From Arcobacteraceae bacterium (lineage in GTDB: Bacteria > Campylobacterota > Campylobacteria > Campylobacterales > Arcobacteraceae), in the NCBI GenBank assembly GCA_965224485.1, contig CBDCZH010000013.1, positions 64,001 to 128,000 on the forward strand: a stretch of DNA of 64,000 bases, read 5' to 3'. A model generated the notes under the pieces. It was not told the origin of the DNA. It saw only the letters and a program-made list of their open reading frames with translations, and made no database searches. The position numbers were made by a program, and so were the translations under genes. Positions 42,353 to 53,027 of this stretch are shown here, piece by piece; position 1 is the first letter of the stretch; each line of letters begins with the position of its first letter.

Positions 42353-42895
42353 TTGAAAAAAAGAGTTTTAATAATTCATGGTTGGAATGGAAGTTCTTAT
42401 CCCCATTGGCAAGCACACTTAGCAGCTGATTTAATAAAAGATAACTATATAGTATCTTTTCCTTCTTTACCAAATATGGATAAACCAAACTTAGATGAAT
42501 GGAAAACATTTATTAAAAATGAGATCCATCATTTTAAACCCCAAATCGTAGTATGTCACTCTTTGGCAAATATCTTATGGTTTAAACTTGTAAAAGATTT
42601 AGATATTTCTTTAGAAAAACTACTCTTAGTAGCTCCTGTTAGTAAAGAGTGCAATATAAAAGAACTTAGTACTTTTTTCCCTTATGAGGTTTCAAAAGAT
42701 TTAAAAGCAAAACATGTTTTAATAGCTGCTTCTAGCAATGATGAGTATATGAATTTAGAAGAAGCTTATGCTTTACAAAAAGAGTTAGATGTTGATATTG
42801 AAGTATTTGATGATGCTGGTCATATAAACAACGAAGCTGGTTTTGGAAAATTTGACTATGCTTACGAATTTGTAAGAAAAGAGATGAAAATATGA
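42353..42895 (+). CDS. RBBP9/YdeN family alpha/beta hydrolase
   Basis: IIHGWNGS..PHWQ, VCHSLA, SSNDEY, AGHIN. Confidence 0.88.
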   Translation: MKKRVLIIHGWNGSSYPHWQAHLAADLIKDNYIVSFPSLPNMDKPNLDEWKTFIKNEIHHFKPQIVVCHSLANILWFKLVKDLDISLEKLLLVAPVSKECNIKELSTFFPYEVSKDLKAKHVLIAASSNDEYMNLEEAYALQKELDVDIEVFDDAGHINNEAGFGKFDYAYEFVRKEMKI

Positions 42896-42974
42896 TTTTA
42901 AGTATTGTCCTCGTCTTTCCAGTCCTGCGAGATAAATCGCAAGCGATGTATGAATCTTTGAAAGGAAAAAATCT

Positions 42975-43970
42975 ATGATTTTAAGTATTGAAAGCTCTTG
43001 TGATGATAGCTCTATTTCTATTACTTGTATAGAAACAAAAGAGTTAATTTATCATAAAAAAATATCTCAAGAATTAGAACATAGTGTTTATGGAGGAGTA
43101 GTTCCTGAACTAGCTGCAAGATTACATATAGAAGCTTTACCTAAAATATTGAGTGAGTGTGAAAAGTATTTTTCGTCTCTTAAAGCAATTGCGGTTACTA
43201 ATGCTCCTGGTTTAGCTGTTACTTTAACCGAAGGTGTAACTATGGCAAAAGCACTTGCTTTATGTTTAGATATTCCTTTAATTGCAGTAAATCATTTAAA
43301 AGGGCATATTTATTCACTTTTTATTCAAAAAGAAGAAATTATGCCTATTACAACTCTTTTAGTATCAGGTGGACATACTCAACTAATAGAAGTAAAATCG
43401 TTAAATGAGATGAAAATCCTAGCAAGTACTATTGATGACAGTTTTGGTGAAAGTTTTGATAAGGTTTCTAAAATGTTAGGACTAGCTTATCCAGGAGGAC
43501 CAGTGGTACAAGAATATGCCAAAAATGGAGACTCAAGTAGATTTGATTTACCGATTCCTTTAAAACAAAGTCCTGATATTAAGTTTTCATACTCAGGACT
43601 TAAAAATGCAGTACGATTACAAATACTGAAACTAGAAGAAACGGGTTCTTTAGATAGACAAGCTAAGGCTGATATTTGTGCCTGTTTTCAAAAAGTAGCA
43701 GTTGCTCATGTAATACAAAAAACAAAAAAACTTTTTAAACAAAATAAAATTACAAACTTTGCAATAGTTGGTGGAGCTAGTGCAAATACAGAGTTAAGAG
43801 AGAATATTCAAAATTTATGTAAAGAGTTTGGAGCTAAATTATATCTTAGTGATTTAAAATACTGCTCAGATAATGCAGCTATGATTGGACGAGTAGCACT
43901 TGAACAATATAAGATAAAAGATTTTATAAAAATTGATGAAATAGATGTAAAACCAAGGATAAAGGCTTAA
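42975..43970 (+). CDS. tsaD: tRNA N6-threonylcarbamoyltransferase
   Basis: [40 protein letters not shown]. Confidence 0.97.
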   Translation: MILSIESSCDDSSISITCIETKELIYHKKISQELEHSVYGGVVPELAARLHIEALPKILSECEKYFSSLKAIAVTNAPGLAVTLTEGVTMAKALALCLDIPLIAVNHLKGHIYSLFIQKEEIMPITTLLVSGGHTQLIEVKSLNEMKILASTIDDSFGESFDKVSKMLGLAYPGGPVVQEYAKNGDSSRFDLPIPLKQSPDIKFSYSGLKNAVRLQILKLEETGSLDRQAKADICACFQKVAVAHVIQKTKKLFKQNKITNFAIVGGASANTELRENIQNLCKEFGAKLYLSDLKYCSDNAAMIGRVALEQYKIKDFIKIDEIDVKPRIKA

Positions 43971-43971
43971 A

Positions 43972-44289
43972 ATGTTTGAAATGGGAGCTAAGTTAAGTGG
44001 CAATACTTTTGATACTGCTAAAAATAAAAAAATTATGCAAAAAGTAGGAACTCAAAATAAAAAAGAACACCAATTGGTTTTCACTTATGAAAAAAGAAGA
44101 GGTAAGGCTATTACCTTAGTAGGTAGATTTTATATAAGTGAAGATGATAAAAAAGCAGTATTAAAATTATTAAAGAAAAAACTAGCCTGTGGTGGTGCTA
44201 TTAAAGATGAATGGATTGAACTACAAGGTGATGTTAAAAGTAAAGTAATTGAGATTTTAAAAAAAGATGATTGGAAATTTAAATCGTAA
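43972..44289 (+). CDS. SUI1/YciH family translation factor
   Basis: EKRRGK, LKKKLACGG, IELQGD. Confidence 0.88.
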   Translation: MFEMGAKLSGNTFDTAKNKKIMQKVGTQNKKEHQLVFTYEKRRGKAITLVGRFYISEDDKKAVLKLLKKKLACGGAIKDEWIELQGDVKSKVIEILKKDDWKFKS

Positions 44290-44328
44290 ATAATATTAAA
44301 TAGTAAAACTTAAAAAAAAGAGTAAATT

Positions 44329-45714
44329 ATGGAAAAAGTTTTTTATGAAGTTGAAAGTTTAGACAAACGTTGTTATGATGAATTTAATCTAAGTGAAGAT
44401 ATTTTAATGGAACATGCAGCTTATAGTATAAAACAATACATAAGCGATAATTTTTCAAATGATAAAACTATTTTAATAGTTTGCGGAACCGGTAATAATG
44501 GTGCTGATGGTATCACCCTAGCTAGACTTTTATATAAAACCTATGATGTAAAACTTTATATTCCTTTTTCCGTTAAATCAAAAATGGCCAAACTACAGTT
44601 AAGTAGAGTTGAGAAATTAGGTCTTCAAAGAGTTAATTATATTTGCTCATGTGATATTGCAGTTGATTGTTTATTTGGAACAGGCCTTAAATCAGAAATG
44701 AATTCTATTTCTACTGAGATTATTTCTTTATTAAATAGATTAGATGCTTTTAAAATCGCTTGTGATATTCCTAGTGGAATTAATAAAGATGGTCTTATTT
44801 TAAATCTTGCTTTTAAAGCAGACCTTACTATTACTATGGGAGCTTTGAAAACAGCACTTTTCTCTGATATGGTAAAAGATTATATTGGTGATATTATAGT
44901 TTGTAATCTTGGAATCCATAGAGACTTATATGAAGCAAAAAGTAATATTCATCTTTTAGAAATAAGTGATTTAAAACTTCCTTTAAGAACTTCTAAAAAT
45001 TCACATAAGGGAAATTTTGGTCACTCTTGCATTATTGTAGGTGAAAAAAAAGGTGCTGGAATAATTGCAAGTGAAGCTTCTTTTGCTTTTGGAAGTGGTC
45101 TTGTTACCATTTTGTGTAAAGAAGAGTTAAACTTACCTTTTCATATTATGCAAGCTAAAAGTATTCCTAGTAATACTACTTCTATTGCAATTGGAATGGG
45201 TCTTGGTTCAAAGAATATTGAAGAGATAAAAAATATTTTAAGTTTAGATATAAAAAAAGTAATAGATGCTGATTTATTTTATGATGAGGTAATTTTATGT
45301 GCTTTAGAAAGTGATGTTGTTCTAACTCCCCACCCAAAAGAATTTTGCTCTTTATTAAAAATATGTGAACTTGCTGATATTTCTGTTAAGGACTTACAAA
45401 ATAATAGACTTTTTTATGTAAATATGTTTTGCTTAAAATATAAAGAAGTAACCCTATTATTAAAAGGTGCTAATACTATTATTGGAAAAAACGATAAAAC
45501 CTATATAAATTTTTATGGAACACCTGCTTTAAGTAAAGGTGGAAGTGGAGATGTTTTAACTGGTGTAATAGCTTCTTTATTAGCTCAAAACTATGATAGT
45601 TTATCTGCTTGTTTAAATGGCTGTTTAGCTCATAGTTTAGCAGCACAGAAATTCTCTTTAAATAACTATTCTTTAAGACCACAAGATTTAATACAGGAGC
45701 TTAAAAAACTATGA
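44329..45714 (+). CDS. nnr: Bifunctional NAD(P)HX epimerase/dehydratase
   Basis: LMEHAA, GNNGADG, DIPSG, SHKG, IDAD, LTPHPKEF, GGSGDVLTG. Confidence 0.93.
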   Translation: MEKVFYEVESLDKRCYDEFNLSEDILMEHAAYSIKQYISDNFSNDKTILIVCGTGNNGADGITLARLLYKTYDVKLYIPFSVKSKMAKLQLSRVEKLGLQRVNYICSCDIAVDCLFGTGLKSEMNSISTEIISLLNRLDAFKIACDIPSGINKDGLILNLAFKADLTITMGALKTALFSDMVKDYIGDIIVCNLGIHRDLYEAKSNIHLLEISDLKLPLRTSKNSHKGNFGHSCIIVGEKKGAGIIASEASFAFGSGLVTILCKEELNLPFHIMQAKSIPSNTTSIAIGMGLGSKNIEEIKNILSLDIKKVIDADLFYDEVILCALESDVVLTPHPKEFCSLLKICELADISVKDLQNNRLFYVNMFCLKYKEVTLLLKGANTIIGKNDKTYINFYGTPALSKGGSGDVLTGVIASLLAQNYDSLSACLNGCLAHSLAAQKFSLNNYSLRPQDLIQELKKL

Positions 45715-46019
45715 AAATAATTATGATTCAAACAACGTGTAAAAATAAGAAAGAAGCAAAAAAAATAGCAAAAGTATTATTAGAAAATAAACTTGCTGCT
45801 TGTATTCAAATATCTAAAATTAACTCTTTTTATACTTGGAAAAATAAAATATGTAATGAAGCTGAGAACTTACTAAGCATCAAAACTAAAAAAGATAACT
45901 TTAAAAAAATCAAAAGGAAAATTAAAGAAATACATAGCTATGATTTACCCGAAATAATATCTTTTGATATTAGAAATGTAAGTAGTGAGTATGCAAAATT
46001 TATAGAAAATAATTCATAA
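45711..46019 (+). CDS. cutA: Divalent-cation tolerance protein CutA
   Basis: LAACIQ, SFYTW, HSYDLPEII. Confidence 0.93.
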   Translation: MKIIMIQTTCKNKKEAKKIAKVLLENKLAACIQISKINSFYTWKNKICNEAENLLSIKTKKDNFKKIKRKIKEIHSYDLPEIISFDIRNVSSEYAKFIENNS

Positions 46020-46048
46020 AAATAATAATATTAAAATGAGGGAAAAAA

Positions 46049-46828
46049 ATGAGTGATATTTTAAAAATTGGAAAGTTTGAATTTAATTCAAGATTAATAG
46101 TTGGATCTGGTAAATATACAGATTTTCAAACAACAAGAGATGCAACATTGGCAAGTGGTAGTGAACTTATAACTGTTGCAATAAGAAGAGTTAATATAAC
46201 AAACCCAAATGAAGAGAATTTATTAGATTATTTTAAAGACACTAATGTAAAACTTCTTCCAAATTCAGCTGGTTGTTTTACTGCTAATGAGGCGATTACA
46301 ACATTTAGACTCATGAGAGAAGCTACTGGAATTGATATTATTAAACTAGAAGTAATAGGTGATGCTAAAAAAACTCTGTATCCAGATGTTATAGAAACTA
46401 TTATTGCTTGTGAAATTCTTAAAAAAGAGGGTTTTACAATAATGGCTTATACTAATGATGATCCAATTATTGCAAAAAGATTAGAAGATGCAGGAGCTGA
46501 TGCTATTATGCCTTTAGCTGCACCAATTGGTTCAGGACTTGGTATTCAAAATAGATATAATGTAGCTTTTATAAAAGATGCTGTTAGTGTTCCTGTTATA
46601 GTTGATGCTGGAGTTGGGTGTGCATCTGATGCCTCAATAGCTATGGAGCTTGGAGCTGAGGCTGTTTTAACAAATACAGCAATAGCACAGGCACAAAATC
46701 CAATTTTAATGGCGGAAGCTATGAAATACGCAGTAATAGCGGGACGAATGGGATATAAAGCAGGAAGAATTCCTAAAAAACCATATGCAACTGCTAGTTC
46801 ACCAATTGACGGATTAATTCAGTTTTAA
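46049..46828 (+). CDS. thiG: Thiazole synthase
   Basis: [40 protein letters not shown]. Confidence 0.97.
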   Translation: MSDILKIGKFEFNSRLIVGSGKYTDFQTTRDATLASGSELITVAIRRVNITNPNEENLLDYFKDTNVKLLPNSAGCFTANEAITTFRLMREATGIDIIKLEVIGDAKKTLYPDVIETIIACEILKKEGFTIMAYTNDDPIIAKRLEDAGADAIMPLAAPIGSGLGIQNRYNVAFIKDAVSVPVIVDAGVGCASDASIAMELGAEAVLTNTAIAQAQNPILMAEAMKYAVIAGRMGYKAGRIPKKPYATASSPIDGLIQF

Positions 46829-46879
46829 AAAGAGTAAATTGTAAATTTAGTAATTTATAAGATATTACTAGATTTACTC

Positions 46880-46917
46880 TTGACAAATCTTCTTAAACAT
46901 AATATAATTCCGTCCAC
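46880..46917 (+). promoter_or_regulatory. Sigma70 stable-RNA promoter of the tRNA cluster
   Basis: TTGACA (46880-46885), 17-bp spacer, TATAAT (46903-46908), GC-rich discriminator TCCGTCCAC. Confidence 0.88.
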
Positions 46918-46940
46918 TTTTTGAAAGAAATAGTGATTGT

Positions 46941-47017
46941 CGGAGTGTAGCGCAGCCTGGTAGCGCACCTGGTTTGGGACCAGGGGGTCGGAGGTTCGAG
47001 TCCTCTCACTCCGACCA
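46941..47017 (+). tRNA. tRNA-Pro(TGG)
   Basis: Cloverleaf; anticodon loop TTTGGGA; CCA end. Confidence 0.97.
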
Positions 47018-47027
47018 TTTTAATGAT

Positions 47028-47105
47028 GGTAGGTATAGCTCAGTTGGTTAGAGCATCTGGTTGTGGTTCAGAGGGTCGCCGGTTCGATTCCGGTTACTTA
47101 CCCCA
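47028..47105 (+). tRNA. tRNA-His(GTG)
   Basis: Loop TTGTGGT; G-1; CCA end. Confidence 0.96.
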
Positions 47106-47117
47106 TCTTTTTTATAA

Positions 47118-47194
<77 letters not shown>

Positions 47195-47234
47195 TTAGAT
47201 TTAATAAATCTAAAATCTTTTTTACAAAAGATAA

Positions 47235-47319
47235 GCGGATGTGGTGAAATTGGTATACACGCTAGACTTAGGATCTAGTGCTTTACGGCGTGAAGGTTCA
47301 AGTCCTTTCATCCGCACCA
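47235..47319 (+). tRNA. tRNA-Leu(TAG), integration target
   Basis: Loop CTTAGGA; long variable arm; CCA end. Confidence 0.97.
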
Positions 47320-47573
47320 TTTAATTATAAAAAGCTCTACATAAACGATGATTTCATCTGTTCTGTAGAGCTTTTTTTATGGACTTAAAAACTTTACTTT
47401 TAGATTGCTACACCAGTTATTGCACTGGAGTAAATATGAGATACTTAATAAAACATTACAATTGCTATTACTACAAACGAAAAATTCCAAAAACAAAAAA
47501 TAACTTAGTACTTTCATTACAAACTACTTTTGAAGAAAAAGCTAAATTTATTACTGCTATAATTAATATAAAA

Positions 47574-48685
47574 CGCCAATTCAACTCTAAAGTGCAACAA
47601 ATATAGGCAAAATTATGCCACCATCTTTCTTGAAACTTCCTTCAAAAATATCTCATTCGGAGTATAATATTTTAGTATCTTTCTTGGTCTATTATTTAAC
47701 CTGTTTTGTATTATAAGTATTTGAGTATTATTTACATTCTCAAAGCTTGATTTTTTAGGAATATATTCTCTCACCAATCCATTTGTATGTTCATTTAATC
47801 CTCTTTGCCAAGATGAATAAGGATCACAAAAATAAAACTTTATATTTAATTCTTTTGCTATTTCTTCATGATAAGAAAACTCTTTGCCATTATCTGATGT
47901 AATGGTATGAACTAAATTCCTTATTGGATATAACAACTCTATAATAGCTTGCGTAACTGCACCAGCTTGTTTTGATTCAACTATCCTCATTAGTGTAAAC
48001 TTACTCTTTCTATCTACTAATGTAACAATTGCACCTTTATGGTCTTTCCCAATAATAGTATCTACTTCAAAGTCTCCAAATCTAGTTTTAGTCTCAATTA
48101 TTTTAGCTCGTTGACTTATATTAACTCTATTCTTTATTTGACCTCTTGTTTTATATTGACTACTTCTATTTCCATACTTTTTGTTCTTATGTCTTAAATA
48201 TTTATATAATCTTCCACCACTTATTTGATTTGCATAAATATACCTATATACTGTTTCATAAGATATATTAGCTATTTTATGTAGTTTTAGTCTTCCTGTT
48301 AATTGCTCAGGAGATAATCCTTCTTTTAATAACTTGCCAATCTTTAGTTTTAACTTCTTTGTTATCTTGTGATACCTATCTTTAAACTTGTCTCTAGAGA
48401 CAGCACTTATATGAGCATCCTCAGGACTGTAGTAATCATTGTTACTATTTCTTTTAAGCTCTCTTGATATGGTTGATTTATTAACACCTAGTAACTCTGC
48501 AATTTTAGATTGTGTATAATTTTCGTTTTTATAAGCAAATATTTGATACCTTAAACCTAAGGTTAATTGTTTATACTTTTCCATTTAATGCTCCATTTAT
48601 CCTGCAAGATATTGAGCTTAAATTGTATATCAATCAGCCTTACATCTTACATTACTCTATGTTGCACTTTAAGTGTGAAAAGAGG
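47574..48685 (-). mobile_element. IS30-family insertion sequence
   Basis: Imperfect 26-bp terminal IRs sharing TAAAGTGCAACA (47574-47599 and 48660-48685); 3-bp AAA target duplication. Confidence 0.88.
47613..48584 (-). CDS. IS30-family transposase
   Basis: STISRELKRN HTH, SYETVYRYIY, GDFEVDTI, TSDNGKEF, DPYSSWQRGLNEHTNGLVR, NNRPRK. Confidence 0.96.
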   Translation of the reverse strand: MEKYKQLTLGLRYQIFAYKNENYTQSKIAELLGVNKSTISRELKRNSNNDYYSPEDAHISAVSRDKFKDRYHKITKKLKLKIGKLLKEGLSPEQLTGRLKLHKIANISYETVYRYIYANQISGGRLYKYLRHKNKKYGNRSSQYKTRGQIKNRVNISQRAKIIETKTRFGDFEVDTIIGKDHKGAIVTLVDRKSKFTLMRIVESKQAGAVTQAIIELLYPIRNLVHTITSDNGKEFSYHEEIAKELNIKFYFCDPYSSWQRGLNEHTNGLVREYIPKKSSFENVNNTQILIIQNRLNNRPRKILKYYTPNEIFLKEVSRKMVA

Positions 48686-50328
48686 AAATTTGAACAATTT
48701 GTTAGGTTGGATTACATGACAGTAGAAGAAAACTTTGGACTATTTAAGGATACGATTAATAAATATGTTCGTGAAGCAATAGAAGATTATGGCTACTACG
48801 GCGAATTAAGAGAAAGAAAATATTCTTATAAAAATAAAAAAGGCAAAGTGTTTAATGGTTCGCACCCCAAATCTTTAAAGCGAGCGATTAGTGATATTCA
48901 AGACATGTTATATTCTCCTAATCGTGATAAATTATATGACTCAATTATTAAAGATTCAAAAATGGAAGAAGCTTTTGATAGTACACATGATACATTAGAT
49001 GCAGAATATAGACGTATATTTAAAGATGAACTTATTAAAGCTGAACTAGAAATATTACATCAAGCGTACTACCGAAATAGAAGTAGGACAGACATTGAAG
49101 AACTAGAAAATAATTATATTGTGAGTACTGTTCCCATAGAAGTGCCCAAGAAAAAAAAACCAGAGCTTCCAAATAATTCTTTAGAAGATAGATATGTTAC
49201 AAAGACAATTTTAGAATTAATAGAAATATTTATTGCAAGAAAAGAGCAAGAAGAAATAAAAGAAATCAATAGATACAGGAGGAGTTTAAAAATTTTCTCA
49301 GATTTGATAGTAAAAGATTTCTTAGTAGAAATCACTCATGAGGATTACGAAGACTTTGCAGACAAAATTGATTTTATCCCAAATGCAAATAAACATAGAG
49401 AATGCTTGAGTGAAAATTGTAATTTTAAAGAAATAATTGACGATGTGATAAGTGATAAAGTTGGTAAATATACTCTTATCTCTGAGAAAACAAATAAAGA
49501 TAATATGACATATATAAATCATTTTTTGGATTTTTGTGTAGAACGAGATTATATATCTAAAAATCTGTTAAGAGGAAAAAAGTTTTTTTCGAATTCTATT
49601 GATAAAAAGAGAAGAAAAGAATATAGAATCGAGCAGCTAAATAATTTGTTTCAAACAGATTGGTATACAAAAAAACTAGAATATAATTTAAAAAATGAAC
49701 CTGAAAAAGTTTGGGTACCTTTAATTTTACTTTTTCAAGGATTTCGGAATAATGAATTATGTCAATTATACGTTAGCCAAATTATAGAAGAAGATAATAT
49801 AGCTTTTTTTAAATTAAAAATAGAATTTCCTGAGCAAAAACTTAAAAATAAATCTAGTAAGCGTAAGATACCAGTACATCCAGTATTAATTGAAATGGGT
49901 TTTTTATTATTTGTTAAAAATCAGAAGCTTTTAAAGAAAGAAAGGTTATTTGATAATTTGTATTATACTAAAAATAAGGGATATGGGCAGGCATTTTCTA
50001 AGAAATTTAACACAAGAAAATTTAAAGAGACATTCTTGGAAAAGGAAACTTTTAGATTAATTGATAGTGAAGTAATTATGTTGGACCTACATTCTTTTCG
50101 ACATAACTTTTCAGGGTCGTTAAAAGGAGAAATTGAAGATTCTGTATTAACTTACTTTATGGGACACTCCAATGATAATGAAACCTTCTATAGGTATGGA
50201 ACCTATAGGCCAAATGTTTTATTGAAAAATTTAACAAAATGTATATATCCTAATTTACAATTAGAAGAACTAAGAAAAAAAATTAATAAATATTATAATT
50301 ACTTTTTATAAAAATTTATTGTAATTAC

Positions 50329-51582
50329 TTATTCGTCTTTTTTAAATAATACATCCCATAGTTCTTCTAATCTTTTGGCTAAATTATAGGCAAGAAGAGG
50401 TGGCACAGCATTTCCAATGACTTTATATGCACCTGAACCTGATAGGCTATAGTTTGTTTCTTTTCTAACAAATTCATAATTATCTGGGAATGTTTGTAAT
50501 CTTGCACATTCTCTAACTGTAAGTCTTCTTTCTTTTTTTGTTTTTAATTCATTTAGGTATTTACCACCATTTTCTTGGCTTAGTCTTCTAAATTCAATAT
50601 TTCCATGGTGTTCTGCTCTAATTACTGGTGCTAAAAAATCTAATTTAACTTCTATGTTCCCTTGATATCCTTTACAGAACTTTGCCTTTGAATAAGTTTG
50701 TTGCGCTAAATCTTTATCTTCTTCAGGCTCTTTTAATTTAGAAAAGGCACTTTTACATGTTGAGTATGATTGTTCATTTTCTTTCATAAATAAACTAGTA
50801 TTATTTTGATTATAGTGTGTCGCTTTTGGATATGGGTTTATATGTTCAGGTATAATTTTCTCTTCTAACATTTTTTTAATATCTTCTTTTAAGAATTTTT
50901 TATTAAAACCTATAAATATTACCCTTTCTCTATTCTGAGGAACTCCAAAATCTGCAGCATTTAAAACTTGAGATGGGATAACGATATACCCTTCATTATC
51001 AATTGACTTAAAGTCGTTTTCGATAATTTTTTTGACATCCCCCAAAGAAACTAATCCTTTAACATTTTCAGCATAAAAGACTTTTGGTTTCGTTATTTCA
51101 ATGACTTCTTTCATCCACATGTAAAGTTGCCCTCTATTCTCTAAGCTTGCAATTGCCTCTTCATTAGCTCCACCACCATCATGTTTTTTTGTAGACTTTA
51201 ATCCTTCTCTTTTCCCCGCAACACTAAAGTCTTGGCATGGAAATCCACCTGTAATAATATCAATATTATCAGGAAACTTAAATTTTCCTTCTTTATATTT
51301 TTTAACAAGGTCTACAATGCTTTCTGTATGAAAAATATCTGCAGAATGACCTCTTTTCTTAAAAAATGGAATCCAAGCAGAAGCAGCAGGTTTTAAAATA
51401 TCATTAGCAAAAACAAGTTCAAAAGGTGTTTCTTTTAACAACACTTTATCCTTAGTACTTTTTTTAACCCACGTCGCACTTCTCTCTAGATTTATGTAAC
51501 TTTTCATAGTTTCAAAGTTACCTTCAAACCCTAAATCCATTCCTCCCGCTCCTGAAAATAATGACAGTATTCTTTTTTTCAT
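50329..51582 (-). CDS. C5 DNA cytosine methyltransferase (resembles M.BepI, CGCG)
   Basis: FSGAGG, GGFPCQDFS, ENVKG, QNRERV, RRLTVRECARLQTFP, IGNAVPP; TRD IRAEHHGNIEFRRL recalled from M.BepI. Confidence 0.92.
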   Translation of the reverse strand: MKKRILSLFSGAGGMDLGFEGNFETMKSYINLERSATWVKKSTKDKVLLKETPFELVFANDILKPAASAWIPFFKKRGHSADIFHTESIVDLVKKYKEGKFKFPDNIDIITGGFPCQDFSVAGKREGLKSTKKHDGGGANEEAIASLENRGQLYMWMKEVIEITKPKVFYAENVKGLVSLGDVKKIIENDFKSIDNEGYIVIPSQVLNAADFGVPQNRERVIFIGFNKKFLKEDIKKMLEEKIIPEHINPYPKATHYNQNNTSLFMKENEQSYSTCKSAFSKLKEPEEDKDLAQQTYSKAKFCKGYQGNIEVKLDFLAPVIRAEHHGNIEFRRLSQENGGKYLNELKTKKERRLTVRECARLQTFPDNYEFVRKETNYSLSGSGAYKVIGNAVPPLLAYNLAKRLEELWDVLFKKDE

Positions 51583-51630
51583 ACTTATTTCTCCATAATA
51601 TAATTGATTGATTATAGCAAAAAAAAATTA

Positions 51631-51665
51631 ATGCTAACTTTAGTATGTAGAATTATAGTATGCAT
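51631..51665 (+). promoter_or_regulatory. C-box operator of the R-M controller
   Basis: 35-bp ATGCTAACTTTAGTATGTAGAATTATAGTATGCAT has the ATG...TAGT..GT...TTATAGT...CAT layout of C.Esp1396I-type operators; lies 16 bp before the C-gene ATG, which has no SD. Confidence 0.7.
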
Positions 51666-51681
51666 AATGATAATATATTAA

Positions 51682-51912
51682 ATGATAAATACTAACAAAG
51701 ATATATTGACAAAGTTTGGAACGAAATTACAATCTTTACGAAAAGGCAAAAACTTATCACAAGAAGAACTAGCCCATTTATGCGGATTACATCGTACTTA
51801 TATAGGCATGATAGAGCGTGCCGAAAAGAATATAACACTTAAAAATATTGAAAAAATTGCTAATGCTTTAGAAGTAGATATATCTCAATTATTGAAAGAT
51901 TTAAATGGCTGA
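51682..51912 (+). CDS. R-M controller (C) protein, XRE HTH
   Basis: LRKGKNLSQEELA, LHRTYIGMIERAEKNITL; overlaps start of downstream gene; divergent from MTase. Confidence 0.85.
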   Translation: MINTNKDILTKFGTKLQSLRKGKNLSQEELAHLCGLHRTYIGMIERAEKNITLKNIEKIANALEVDISQLLKDLNG

Positions 51913-53027
51913 CATACTAACGCACTTAAGAGAATTAAGTTTTGGGTATTCAATTCTAAATAAGGGGAATCTTAGTTTTAGTGAGACCCCGGAAAGTTTT
52001 ATAAAATTTTGTAAAGCTGGTATTGAAAATACAAATGAATTAACACGTAGAAATATTTCGGAGGCTTCTAAAAATTTTTCACCTAATGAATTGTCTGCAA
52101 TTAACAATGGATTAAAACTTGGAAAATACATTTTGGAAAAAAATATAATTACTAGTAACTCACCAAATGTAAAATGGCTTGGTAATTTTACAAAAAGTGG
52201 GACTGCTGCAGATATTGAAATTGATAATATACCCTTTTCCCTAAAAGAAGATAGTTTTATCCTGAATAATATGGGATTGTATCAGTTAATTAACATAATC
52301 ACTGATAAAGTACATTACAAGCAAGGATTACATATCTTTGAAGAGTTTTCACCTGTAGAATTAAATAATTGGTTTAAAGTCACAAGAGATAGAACAATTG
52401 AAATGTTAAAAAAAGAATCTTTCTCAACGCTAGATAGAAGTAATAAAAATATAAAACTTGCATATACAGAAGAACTACTATATCTCTTTTTCAATGGAAT
52501 AGAACTAAAAATTCATGATTTTGCAAACTGTGAGTATGAAAGATTTAAAAAAGAAACGACTGGAAAGCTAAGAGAAAAAGTATTTTCAAAATTTATTAAT
52601 AATGTTTTAAGTCATGATAATGAATATTTAATGGCTAAAAAAGTATGTGCTGAAAAAAGCAGGCGAAAGATTAAAAGATTTTTTGAATAAAAATATAATA
52701 AAGAATCCTTCTCCTCAATCTTTATACAATTTATTTCGAATTAACAAAGAAAGTTACTATTATGCCAAAACTACAAATAGTACTATTGAAGTTTACAAAA
52801 TTCCCTCACAAGCTAACTTTTTATCTAAAATAAAAATTTCAAATATTAGTTCAAAAGTACCTGCCTCACAATTGAATCTTTATACAACTATAGAGAACAC
52901 TGAGACAAGTAAAAAACTTATTGTTAGAAATGAGTTAAGGTATTCGCATGGACAGTTAAACGGCACACCTGAAGCTAAAATGTATCTTAGTGAAGGCACT
53001 TTATTAATAGCCTATGAGGAAGTTTAA
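51905..53027 (+). pseudogene. Putative type II restriction endonuclease, split by +1 frameshift
   Basis: ORFs 51905-52690 and 52647-53027 join into 373 aa if the A6 run at 52653-52658 is A5; ADIEID...SLK candidate PD-(D/E)xK-like motif; C-R/M layout. Confidence 0.7.

Larger units (their letters stand above)
47436..50311 (+). pseudogene. Tyrosine integrase (DUF6538-like N-terminus) interrupted by IS30
   Basis: GGAG RBS then MRYLIKHYNCYYYKRKIPK...INIK (47436-47573); resumes in frame FEQFVRL after the IS; GFRNNEL, KNKSSKRKIPVHP, HSFRH, MGHS, TFYRYG; reconstructed 586 aa. Confidence 0.88.

Noticed and set aside
47379..47606. Stand-alone 75-aa gene
   Set aside because: It is the integrase N-terminus running into the IS30 end; better start at 47436 with RBS
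48512..48685. N-terminus of the 599-aa integrase ORF
   Set aside because: Lies inside the IS, partly antisense to the transposase; chance open frame
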